From contig JAYPJE010000014.1 in the NCBI GenBank assembly GCA_038128265.1, forward strand, positions 1-45,447: a stretch of DNA of 45,447 nt, written 5' to 3'. Source of the DNA: Gemmatimonadota bacterium (lineage in GTDB: Bacteria > Latescibacterota > UBA2968 > UBA8231). The position numbers and the translations under genes are program-made. The notes beneath the pieces were generated by a model. It saw only the letters and a program-made list of their open reading frames with translations. It searched no databases and had not been told where the DNA came from. This document shows positions 38,159 to 45,447 of this stretch, one piece after another (position 1 is the stretch's first letter; the number at the start of each line of letters is the position of its first letter).

Positions 38159-38309
38159 CACGGAAAACGGTGCTCCAGACCGGTCTCAGCAGCGGCTCCC
38201 GCATAGCACCTAACGCACTTCAACAACAAGAGCTTGCACGCTGCACACTCCTTGGTGCGTCGACGGGGCCCGCGCATGCAGGGGAACAAGCGAGCACCGC
38301 GCCTCCGTC

Positions 38310-38338
38310 TTGACACGCAAAAACAAACGTCGTATCCT
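38310..38338 (+). promoter_or_regulatory. sigma70-type promoter of the uvrC operon
   Basis: TTGACA-17 nt-TATCCT, 28 nt before ATG 38367; the TTG start in the ORF track is this -35 box. Confidence 0.65.
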
Positions 38339-38366
38339 CCTGCCCGACAAAAAGGTTGACATAATA

Positions 38367-40268
38367 ATGCGCAACAGCATCTCCGAAGAGCTGCGCTTAA
38401 CGCTAGATGCCCTCCCTGCCGAGCCGGGTATCTACCTGATGAAGCGCAAAGACGGCGAGATCATTTACATAGGCAAGGCAAAGAGCCTGCGCAGCCGCGT
38501 CCGTTCCTATTTTCAAGACGCCGGCCACGACGGCCGACGCCAGTTCAAAGCACTGGTGCGCAACATTGCCGATGTCGACTGCATCGTCACCGCTACCGAG
38601 CAAGAGGCGCTCATCCTCGAAGCGACGCAAATTCGCGCCCACAAGCCGCGCTACAACATTCAGCTCAAGGACGACAAGAAATACCCCTTTATTCGCATAA
38701 CGGACGAGCCCTTTCCGCGCATATTCGCCACGCGCAATGTCGTCCGCGATGGCTCGCGCTACCTCGGCCCCTACAGCAACGTCCGCGCAATGCACACCAC
38801 GCTGGACATGCTGCGCAAAATTTTTCCCGTGCGCAGCTGTGATTTCAACCTGCCGAACGCAAGCGTGCGCCTGTGCCTCGAATACCACATAAAGCGCTGC
38901 GAGGGGCCGTGCGAGCAGCGCGTTGATGAAGTCGAATACAGAAAGACCATTGATGATGCCGTGCGCTTTCTACGCGGGCAAAATACCGAGGTGCTGCGCG
39001 AGATACAGCAGCGTATGGAAGATGCCTCCGAAGCGCTGCAGTTTGAAAAAGCGGCTCGCCACCGCGACCAGCTGCAGGCGCTCGAATCGATGCGAGCACG
39101 GCAAAAAGTGGTCATGGACGGCCCTGTCGACCGCGATGTGATGGCCATTGCGCGCAGCGACGACGAGGCCTGTTGCAGCGTGCTCGAAATTCGCGAAGGG
39201 CGCCTGCTCGGCAAGAAACACCACGTCCTCGGCGGCGTAATGGAGGCGGCAGACGAAGAAATCATCTCTGCTTTCGCCCGGCAGTTCTACTTACAAAACG
39301 ACTTTGTTCCGGGCGAAATCCACCTGCCGACCTTGCCGACCGACGCCGGCGATATTGCCGCGTGGCTCAGCGAAAAAATGGGTTCCAAAGTCGAACTCTT
39401 TGCCCCTCAGCGAGGCGCCAAAGCCCGCATGATGGAAATGGCAGAGAAAAACGCCCAGCAAATGCTGAAAGAGCGCCAGCTAAAGCGCGAAATGAAGCGA
39501 GACCGCGTGCCCCAGTCGATCTATGCGCTGCAGCGCGACCTCAACCTACAGGTGCTTCCCCGCCGCATAGAGGGCATCGACATCTCGAATTTTCAAGGCA
39601 CCGACTCGGTCGGCTCACTTGTTTGCTTTGTCGATGGCCAGGCCAAGCGGAGCCAGTATCGCTTTTTTAAGATTCGCGACATAGAGGGACCCAACGACTT
39701 TGCCTCGATCCACCAGGTCGTCGTGCGGCGCTTTCGCGGCCTGCAGGAGCGCGGCGAGCCCCTACCCGACCTGCTCCTTGTCGACGGCGGTAAAGGGCAG
39801 CTTTCCAGCGCCGTGCAGGCCCTGAGCGAAGTCGGCGCTGAGGGGCAACCCGTCCTCGGGCTAGCCAAGCGGTTGGAAGAAGTCTTCTTACCCGGCCAGA
39901 GCGCACCCGTCATTTTGCCCAAGACGTCGGCTTCGCTGCGCCTGTTGCAAATGCTACGCGACGAAGCGCATCGCTTCGCGCTTAAAAATCACCGCGAACA
40001 GCGCGGCAAGCGCACGCTCACCTCGCGCCTCGACGACATTCCCGGCGTGGGCCCCAAACGTCGCAACGCCCTGCTCGGACTGTTTGGCTCCGTGCAGCGC
40101 ATAGGCGCCGCATCGGTAGAAGACATCGCTGCCGTGCCCGGCTTTAGCCCCAAGCTAGCCGAAGAGATCAAGCGCCACCTAGCGGACGATCAACAGGACG
40201 ACGCGGCGACACACGAGACCACCACAGCCGTCGGCGGAGACGAGCTCCGCCCGTCCGAACATGCCTAG
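38367..40268 (+). CDS. uvrC: excinuclease ABC subunit C
   Basis: GIY-YIG (PGIY..IYIGKAK), DDKKYPF, Cys cluster, UVR domain, RIEGIDIS, VDGGKGQ, RDEAHRFA, HhH. Confidence 0.97.
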   Translation: MRNSISEELRLTLDALPAEPGIYLMKRKDGEIIYIGKAKSLRSRVRSYFQDAGHDGRRQFKALVRNIADVDCIVTATEQEALILEATQIRAHKPRYNIQLKDDKKYPFIRITDEPFPRIFATRNVVRDGSRYLGPYSNVRAMHTTLDMLRKIFPVRSCDFNLPNASVRLCLEYHIKRCEGPCEQRVDEVEYRKTIDDAVRFLRGQNTEVLREIQQRMEDASEALQFEKAARHRDQLQALESMRARQKVVMDGPVDRDVMAIARSDDEACCSVLEIREGRLLGKKHHVLGGVMEAADEEIISAFARQFYLQNDFVPGEIHLPTLPTDAGDIAAWLSEKMGSKVELFAPQRGAKARMMEMAEKNAQQMLKERQLKREMKRDRVPQSIYALQRDLNLQVLPRRIEGIDISNFQGTDSVGSLVCFVDGQAKRSQYRFFKIRDIEGPNDFASIHQVVVRRFRGLQERGEPLPDLLLVDGGKGQLSSAVQALSEVGAEGQPVLGLAKRLEEVFLPGQSAPVILPKTSASLRLLQMLRDEAHRFALKNHREQRGKRTLTSRLDDIPGVGPKRRNALLGLFGSVQRIGAASVEDIAAVPGFSPKLAEEIKRHLADDQQDDAATHETTTAVGGDELRPSEHA

Positions 40269-41184
40269 ACCCGCACAGCAAAACGCGCCGCTGCCCGACC
40301 TCCTACAGCGTGCCCTCGACGACTTCTTGCTGTCTATGCAGCGCGACAAGGGCCTATCGGCCAACACGCTGGATGCCTACCGGCGCGATCTCAGCCGCTA
40401 CCTCCGCAAACTGGCCGATATGCGCGTTACCGAACCAGCGTCCATTCAACAGGACCATATAGCCAGCGTCTTGCGCGACCTGCACGATGCCGGACTCAGC
40501 CCCGCGACCATGGCGCGCAACCTGACCTCCATCAAGCGCCTGCACCAATACTTGCTGCTCAAAGGCGTCTGCACGCACGATCCCAGTGAAATACTCGAAT
40601 CGCCAAAGATAGAGCGCAGGCTACCCGACGTGCTCACGCAGGCGGAAATAACGGCGCTCATGGAAGCGCCGGATGCGTCCGATCCGCTCGGCATGCGCGA
40701 GCGCGCCATACTCGAGCTGCTCTATGCTACCGGCATGCGCGTGTCGGAGTTAACCCAGCTAAGCGAAGACGCCCTGCGCCTGAGCGAAAACCTAGTGCGC
40801 ATCACCGGACCTCACCCGCGCTTGGTGCCCATCGGAGGCCAGGCCGTGCGCGCACTGCACACCTACCTGCGCAGCGGCCGCCCCCACCACGTGCGCGACC
40901 CATCGGCCACGCGCGTATTTCTCAACGCACAGGGCGGTCCTCTCTCGCGCATGAGCGTGTGGAAGACGATCAAGAAAGCCGCAGAACAGGCCAAGATCGA
41001 AAAGGAAGTGAGTCCGCATACGCTGCGCCACTCCTTTGCCACGCACCTGCTGGAAGGCGGTGCCAACCTGCGCGACGTCCAGGAACTGCTCGGCCACGCA
41101 GACATTGCGACGACGCAGATTTACACCCATGTAGACAGCACGCATATTCGAGAAGTGCATAAAACCTACCATCCGCGCGCGTAG
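40261..41184 (+). CDS. xerD: tyrosine recombinase XerD-like
   Basis: GLSANTLDAYRRDL, LLYATGMRVSEL, SPHTLRHSFATHLLEGGA, LLGHADIATTQIYTHV, C-terminal HPRA. Confidence 0.85.
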   Translation: MPRPAQQNAPLPDLLQRALDDFLLSMQRDKGLSANTLDAYRRDLSRYLRKLADMRVTEPASIQQDHIASVLRDLHDAGLSPATMARNLTSIKRLHQYLLLKGVCTHDPSEILESPKIERRLPDVLTQAEITALMEAPDASDPLGMRERAILELLYATGMRVSELTQLSEDALRLSENLVRITGPHPRLVPIGGQAVRALHTYLRSGRPHHVRDPSATRVFLNAQGGPLSRMSVWKTIKKAAEQAKIEKEVSPHTLRHSFATHLLEGGANLRDVQELLGHADIATTQIYTHVDSTHIREVHKTYHPRA

Positions 41185-41194
41185 GATACATGCT

Positions 41195-41812
41195 ATGTGG
41201 ACCTTTGTCATATGGATACCCGCCGTGCTATGCGCCCTCGCTCTACACGAAGCGGCCCACGCCTACGCAGCGGATTATCTCGGCGATCCAACGCCCAGGC
41301 GCTTGGGCCGCGTAACGCTCAATCCACTTGCCCACCTCGACGTGATCGGCACGCTGCTGCTAGTTTTAGTCCACTTTGGCTGGGGCAAGCCCGTCCCCGT
41401 AGATCCGCGCAACTTCAACCGGCCCCGCCGCGATATGGTGTTGGTGGCCCTGGCCGGTCCTCTTGCCAACATAGTGACGGCCGTTATATTGGCATTCGTG
41501 TTGCGCACGGGCGGCTTTGCCGCAATGCCTGCCGCCTCCATAGCCATTAACGCGCTCGTGATCGTGAGCCTGCTATTGGCCCTTTTCAACCTCTTGCCCA
41601 TTCCACCGCTCGATGGATCCAAGATTCTCTACGGCCTATTGCCCGTTGCCCTTTCGCCGCTCTATCTACGCATTAGCAAGCCCCTGTCGTGGAGCCTGCT
41701 CGCCCTGGTAGTCATCGGCAGTGCAAGCGACTTCAACCCACTCGGCACGCTGCTCTTCCAGCCCGTCGATATCCTATACGAATGGATGGTTGGCCGTGCA
41801 TCATCGATCTGA
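41195..41812 (+). CDS. site-2 protease family (M50) membrane metalloprotease
   Basis: HEAAH, GDPTP..GR.TLNPLAH, AGPLAN, FNLLPIPPLDGS. Confidence 0.93.
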   Translation: MWTFVIWIPAVLCALALHEAAHAYAADYLGDPTPRRLGRVTLNPLAHLDVIGTLLLVLVHFGWGKPVPVDPRNFNRPRRDMVLVALAGPLANIVTAVILAFVLRTGGFAAMPAASIAINALVIVSLLLALFNLLPIPPLDGSKILYGLLPVALSPLYLRISKPLSWSLLALVVIGSASDFNPLGTLLFQPVDILYEWMVGRASSI

Positions 41813-41826
41813 ACGGCAAATACCTC

Positions 41827-42585
41827 ATGAGTGATCCACTGGTTATAGCGCGCGGCGTGGGCAAGCAGTTTACCGGCGGAGTGCGCGCGCTGGCCGACGT
41901 AGACCTGACAGTCGAGCGCGGCCAGTTTACCGCTATCGTCGGCCCATCCGGCTGCGGCAAGTCGACTTTTTTGCGCCTCGTAGCTGGACTCGACGAGCAT
42001 ACCGCGGGCGACCTAACGGTCGACGGCGATGCCCCGATACACGCCCGCCGCCGACGCCGCGACCTGGCCTACGTTTTTCAGGACGCCACGCTCCTACCCT
42101 GGCGCAGCGTGCGCCGCAACGTAGGGCTGCCGCTGGAGATCCGCCAGCAGCGCGACGAAGCCCGTATCGACGAAGTGCTGGCCACCGTCGGACTGAGCGA
42201 GTTCGCCGACGCGCTGCCGGCCCAGCTATCTGGTGGCATGCGCATGCGCGTATCCATCGCCCGCGCGCTGGTCACACAGCCCGGCCTATTGCTTCTCGAC
42301 GAACCCTTCGGCGCACTGGATGAAATAACGCGCCAACGGCTCAACGAAGAGCTGCTGCGCCTGTGGGAGCGCGATCGCTGGACCGGCATATTCATTACGC
42401 ACAACGTCTACGAGGCGGCCTTCTTGGCCGACCGCGTGCTCGTTATGAGCGCGCGCCCCGGGCGCATCGTCGCCGATGTTGCCATCCCCTTCCAACACCC
42501 GCGCGACGCCGACCTGCGCCACCAACCAGACTTTGCCGAACTGGCGCGCGATATATCCGAACAGTTGGGGAGGGCCCACGCATGA
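41827..42585 (+). CDS. NitT/TauT-family ABC transporter ATP-binding protein
   Basis: GPSGCGKST, VFQDATLLPW, LSGGMRMR, DEPFGALD; start MSDPLV. Confidence 0.93.
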   Translation: MSDPLVIARGVGKQFTGGVRALADVDLTVERGQFTAIVGPSGCGKSTFLRLVAGLDEHTAGDLTVDGDAPIHARRRRRDLAYVFQDATLLPWRSVRRNVGLPLEIRQQRDEARIDEVLATVGLSEFADALPAQLSGGMRMRVSIARALVTQPGLLLLDEPFGALDEITRQRLNEELLRLWERDRWTGIFITHNVYEAAFLADRVLVMSARPGRIVADVAIPFQHPRDADLRHQPDFAELARDISEQLGRAHA

Positions 42586-43358
42586 ACGCCCGTGTCCTTG
42601 TCAAACAAATCGGTCCACCGCTGTTTTTTTTCGCCTTCTTTATCCTGAGTTGGCATGCCCTTGTCGAGCTATTCGACATACCACCCTACCTGCTGCCTGG
42701 CCCCCCGCGCGTAGCCGATGCCGTATCGGAGCACGCCACGCGGCTGATCGACGCCGCCCTGCTTACGGCGATGGGTGCGCTGAGCGGCTTTGCCCTCAGC
42801 TTTGCCTTTGGCTTTGCTGTCGCACTGCTCTTTTCGCAGTCGCGCATTATTGAACGCGGCCTCTACCCCTACGCGATTTTTTTGCAAACCGTGCCCATCG
42901 TCGCCATTGCGCCGCTGATTGTGCTGTGGATCGGCTACGGCCTGCAAGGGGTCGTAGCCGTGTCGTTCATAATCTCGCTCTTTCCCATTATCGCCAATAC
43001 GACCGCCGGCCTTACGCAGGTCGATCCACGCCTACTCGATCTCTTTGCGCTCAACAACGCCAATCGCTGGCAGATTCTCTTTAAGCTGCGCGTTCCCAAC
43101 GCCGTCCCCAATATGCTAACGGGCGCGCGTATCTCCAGCGGGCTGTCTGTTATTGGTGCAATCGTCGGCGAGTTTTTCGCCGGCTATGGAACCGACGACT
43201 TCGGTCTAGGCTATCTGATTATCCAAACTAGCGGACAGGCCAAAACCGACTACCTATTTGCCTGCATCCTATTTTGTACGCTACTCGGTCTGGCCATATT
43301 TAGCGCCGTTGGCCTAGTAAGTCATTTATTGCTGCGCCGCTGGGGTGGCGCGCAGTGA
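42582..43358 (+). CDS. NitT/TauT-family ABC transporter permease
   Basis: YLLPGP, QTVPIVAIAPL, GAIVGEF, GLGYLI; ATGA overlap with the ATPase. Confidence 0.92.
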   Translation: MNARVLVKQIGPPLFFFAFFILSWHALVELFDIPPYLLPGPPRVADAVSEHATRLIDAALLTAMGALSGFALSFAFGFAVALLFSQSRIIERGLYPYAIFLQTVPIVAIAPLIVLWIGYGLQGVVAVSFIISLFPIIANTTAGLTQVDPRLLDLFALNNANRWQILFKLRVPNAVPNMLTGARISSGLSVIGAIVGEFFAGYGTDDFGLGYLIIQTSGQAKTDYLFACILFCTLLGLAIFSAVGLVSHLLLRRWGGAQ

Positions 43359-43388
43359 GGCGACGTCCATCCATTGAAAGGTGATCCC

Positions 43389-44357
43389 ATGAAAACGATG
43401 TGCTATCTCGTTTCCAGCCTGCTGCTCCTAGCCTGTGGAGGGAGCGAAACGCCCCCTCCGACAGAGGAGGGCACGACGCGCGTGCGCCTCGCCCTTAACT
43501 GGTTTCCCGAAGCGGAACACGGCGGATTCTACGCCGCGCAGATACACGGCTACTACGCCGCGCGCCAGATAGACGTAGAAATCTTGGGCGGCGGCCCCGA
43601 CGCGCCGGTCATCCAGCGCGTTGCTACGGGCGCGGTCGAATTTGGCGTCACCAATGCCGACGATGTGCTCTACGCGCGTGCCCAACAGGCCCCCGTTGTC
43701 GCGCTGATGGCGCCCTACCAGATCAACCCGCGCTGCATTATGGTGCACGCCTCCTCGGGCATTGAACGCATTGAACAGCTGCGCGATATCACGCTGGCGA
43801 TGTCGCAGCGCCCCGCTTTTTCGCACTACCTGCGCTGGAAGTATCCGCTCGAAGGCGTCAATATCGTTCCCTATCCGGGCAACGTCAGTCAATTTCTCGC
43901 CAATCCCAACTTCGCACAGCAGGGGTACGTCTTTAGCGAACCGTTTGTCGCCCGGCAGCAGGGCGGCGATCCGCGGGCACTGTTGGTCTCCGACATCGGC
44001 TTTAACCCCTATGCCAGCGTGCTCATCGCCACGGAGGAAACCATTGGCCAGCGCGCCGACCTAGTGCGAGCCGTCGTCGAGGCCAGCATCCAGGGCTGGG
44101 AGCACTATCTGCGCGAACCGCAGGAAACCAATCGCCACATCAACTCGCTCAACCCGGAGATGGGGATGGACATTCTCGGCTACGGAGCCGAAGAGTCGCG
44201 GCCGCTGGTGCTCGACGCAGTCGCCGGCGACAAGGGCTTGGGCCACATGAGCGCCGCGCGCTGGAGCGAATTGCGCCAGCAAATGGTCGAGGCCGGCCTC
44301 ATCGATGGCACGAGCGCCGATGCGGCTGGGGCCTTTGACGTGCAGTTTCTCCGCTAG
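43389..44357 (+). CDS. NMT1/THI5-like ABC substrate-binding lipoprotein
   Basis: Lipobox LLLAC, LNWFPEAEHGGFYAA, GFNPY. Confidence 0.88.
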   Translation: MKTMCYLVSSLLLLACGGSETPPPTEEGTTRVRLALNWFPEAEHGGFYAAQIHGYYAARQIDVEILGGGPDAPVIQRVATGAVEFGVTNADDVLYARAQQAPVVALMAPYQINPRCIMVHASSGIERIEQLRDITLAMSQRPAFSHYLRWKYPLEGVNIVPYPGNVSQFLANPNFAQQGYVFSEPFVARQQGGDPRALLVSDIGFNPYASVLIATEETIGQRADLVRAVVEASIQGWEHYLREPQETNRHINSLNPEMGMDILGYGAEESRPLVLDAVAGDKGLGHMSAARWSELRQQMVEAGLIDGTSADAAGAFDVQFLR

Positions 44358-44360
44358 GCC

Positions 44361-45161
44361 ATGCCCGCGCTGCAGGATATAACGCTGGGGCGCTACGTAG
44401 CACTCGATTCACCTGTACATCGGCTCGATCCGCGCACTAAATTCGTCGGCACGATGGCCCTTATGATCGCAGCCCTGTCGGCCCACAGTTTCACCGCTCT
44501 CGCAATCTTTGCCATCCTGCTGGCGCTGACGGCGATCCTTTCCAAGCTGCCGGTGCGCCTGGTGCTGGCCAACCTGCGCGCTTTTGTCTGGCTTTTTACC
44601 TTCACACTGGGTCTGCACGCCTTTCTGACGCCGGGCGAATCGCTGTGGTCCATCCCCCTAACCCGCTGGTCGGTCAGCGCCGAGGGCCTGCGCACCGGCG
44701 CCTTTTTCTGCCTGCGCCTGGCCACCGTAGTCATTGCCGCTGCGCTGATGACGCTCACCACTTCACCCATGCAGCTAACGGCTGGTTTAGAGCGCCTATT
44801 CGCTCCGGCAAAACGCATCGGCGTGCCCGTGGCGGAGCTAGCCCTGATGGTCTCGATCGCCCTGCGCTTTATTCCCGTCCTCGTCGATGAAGCAGAGCGC
44901 TTGCGCAAAGCGCAGATCTCGCGCGGCGCCGACTTCAGCGGCCATCCCATACGGCGTGCGCGCAGCCTCGTTCCGCTGCTCATCCCCCTCTTTGTCGCCG
45001 CCTTTGAACGCGCCGATCGACTGGCACTGGCCATGGAGAGCCGCTGCTACGAACCCGGCGCACCGCGCACGCACTACCACCAGCTGGCGCTGCGCCGAGG
45101 CGACTCCATCGCCGCGTTGATCGCCCTGTCAGCCATCGCCGCTATCTACTGGAGTCGCTAG
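44361..45161 (+). CDS. ecfT: energy-coupling factor transporter transmembrane component T
   Basis: SPVHRLDPRTK, ALRFIP, AQISRG, AMESRCY (two conserved Arg motifs). Confidence 0.92.
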   Translation: MPALQDITLGRYVALDSPVHRLDPRTKFVGTMALMIAALSAHSFTALAIFAILLALTAILSKLPVRLVLANLRAFVWLFTFTLGLHAFLTPGESLWSIPLTRWSVSAEGLRTGAFFCLRLATVVIAAALMTLTTSPMQLTAGLERLFAPAKRIGVPVAELALMVSIALRFIPVLVDEAERLRKAQISRGADFSGHPIRRARSLVPLLIPLFVAAFERADRLALAMESRCYEPGAPRTHYHQLALRRGDSIAALIALSAIAAIYWSR

Positions 45162-45164
45162 GGC

Positions 45165-45446
45165 GTGCGCGCCATCCGCTTGCTTATCGAATACGACGGC
45201 AGCGACTTTGTTGGCTGGCAGATCCAGGCCCAGGGACGCACCGTGCAGGGCGAACTAGCGCGTGCACTGCAAACCCTGCTGCGCGAACCCGTTGTGCCCA
45301 CCGGCTCAGGGCGCACGGACGCCGGCACGCACGCGCTGGGTCAGGTAGCCCACTTTCATACGCATGCACCGCTGCCCGTCGCGCGCATACTGCGCGGCCT
45401 CAACGGCATATTGCCCGCCGATATCAGCATACTCGACGTCGAGGAG
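45165..45446 (+). CDS. truA: tRNA pseudouridine(38-40) synthase (partial, runs off right edge)
   Basis: Manual translation from GTG 45165: IEYDGSDFVGWQIQ..RTVQGEL..GSGRTDAGTHALGQVAHF..LNGILPADI. Confidence 0.95.
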   Translation, partial: MRAIRLLIEYDGSDFVGWQIQAQGRTVQGELARALQTLLREPVVPTGSGRTDAGTHALGQVAHFHTHAPLPVARILRGLNGILPADISILDVEE

Positions 45447-45447
45447 G

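Noticed and set aside
38160..38366. LexA/SOS box upstream of uvrC
   Set aside because: No CTGT-N8-ACAG or GAAC-N4-GTTC near the predicted promoter; a lineage-specific box cannot be excluded.
40261..41184. Integrase of a prophage or genomic island
   Set aside because: XerD-type motifs, overlap with uvrC, housekeeping neighbours, and no att repeats or cargo.

Overview
GC-rich bacterial chromosomal segment, about 39 CDS, mostly housekeeping. No CRISPR array, rRNA, tRNA, transposase, phage or reverse transcriptase was recognised. A TonB-dependent receptor with an N-terminal carboxypeptidase-regulatory-like domain, a DUF6785/6784-type membrane protein and a giant surface protein with an NAPNPFN/FlgD-Ig C-terminus suggest an FCB-superphylum diderm, possibly Ca. 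Latescibacterota (inference). Left to right: (1) partial TonB-dependent receptor and an uptake/catabolic cluster (Nramp-like transporter, Gfo/Idh/MocA oxidoreductase, DUF6785-type protein, divergent HpcH-like aldolase); (2) orphan secreted protein, extended CysE-like acetyltransferase, MBL hydrolase; (3) nadK, degenerate SDR, intact SDR and alpha/beta-hydrolase; (4) minus-strand run ndk-yceD-rpmF-fabH-fabD-fabG-acpP-fabF-rnc-lipoyl ligase-oppD-oppF-ppiD-beta-hydroxyacid dehydrogenase, with no plsX; (5) HD-domain hydrolase, CsgG-like/FGE-sulfatase fusion, RlmI-like methyltransferase, cyclase; (6) a 2105-aa protein of about 20 FN3-like modules, two carrying the same unexplained helical insert; (7) uvrC-xerD-site-2 protease-NitT/TauT ABC-ecfT-truA (partial). 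The most notable items are the FN3 giant with its insert, a XerD lacking the conserved beta2-beta3 lysine, and a probable pseudo-SDR paired with an active SDR and NAD kinase. All family calls come from motif recognition by eye, not database searches.
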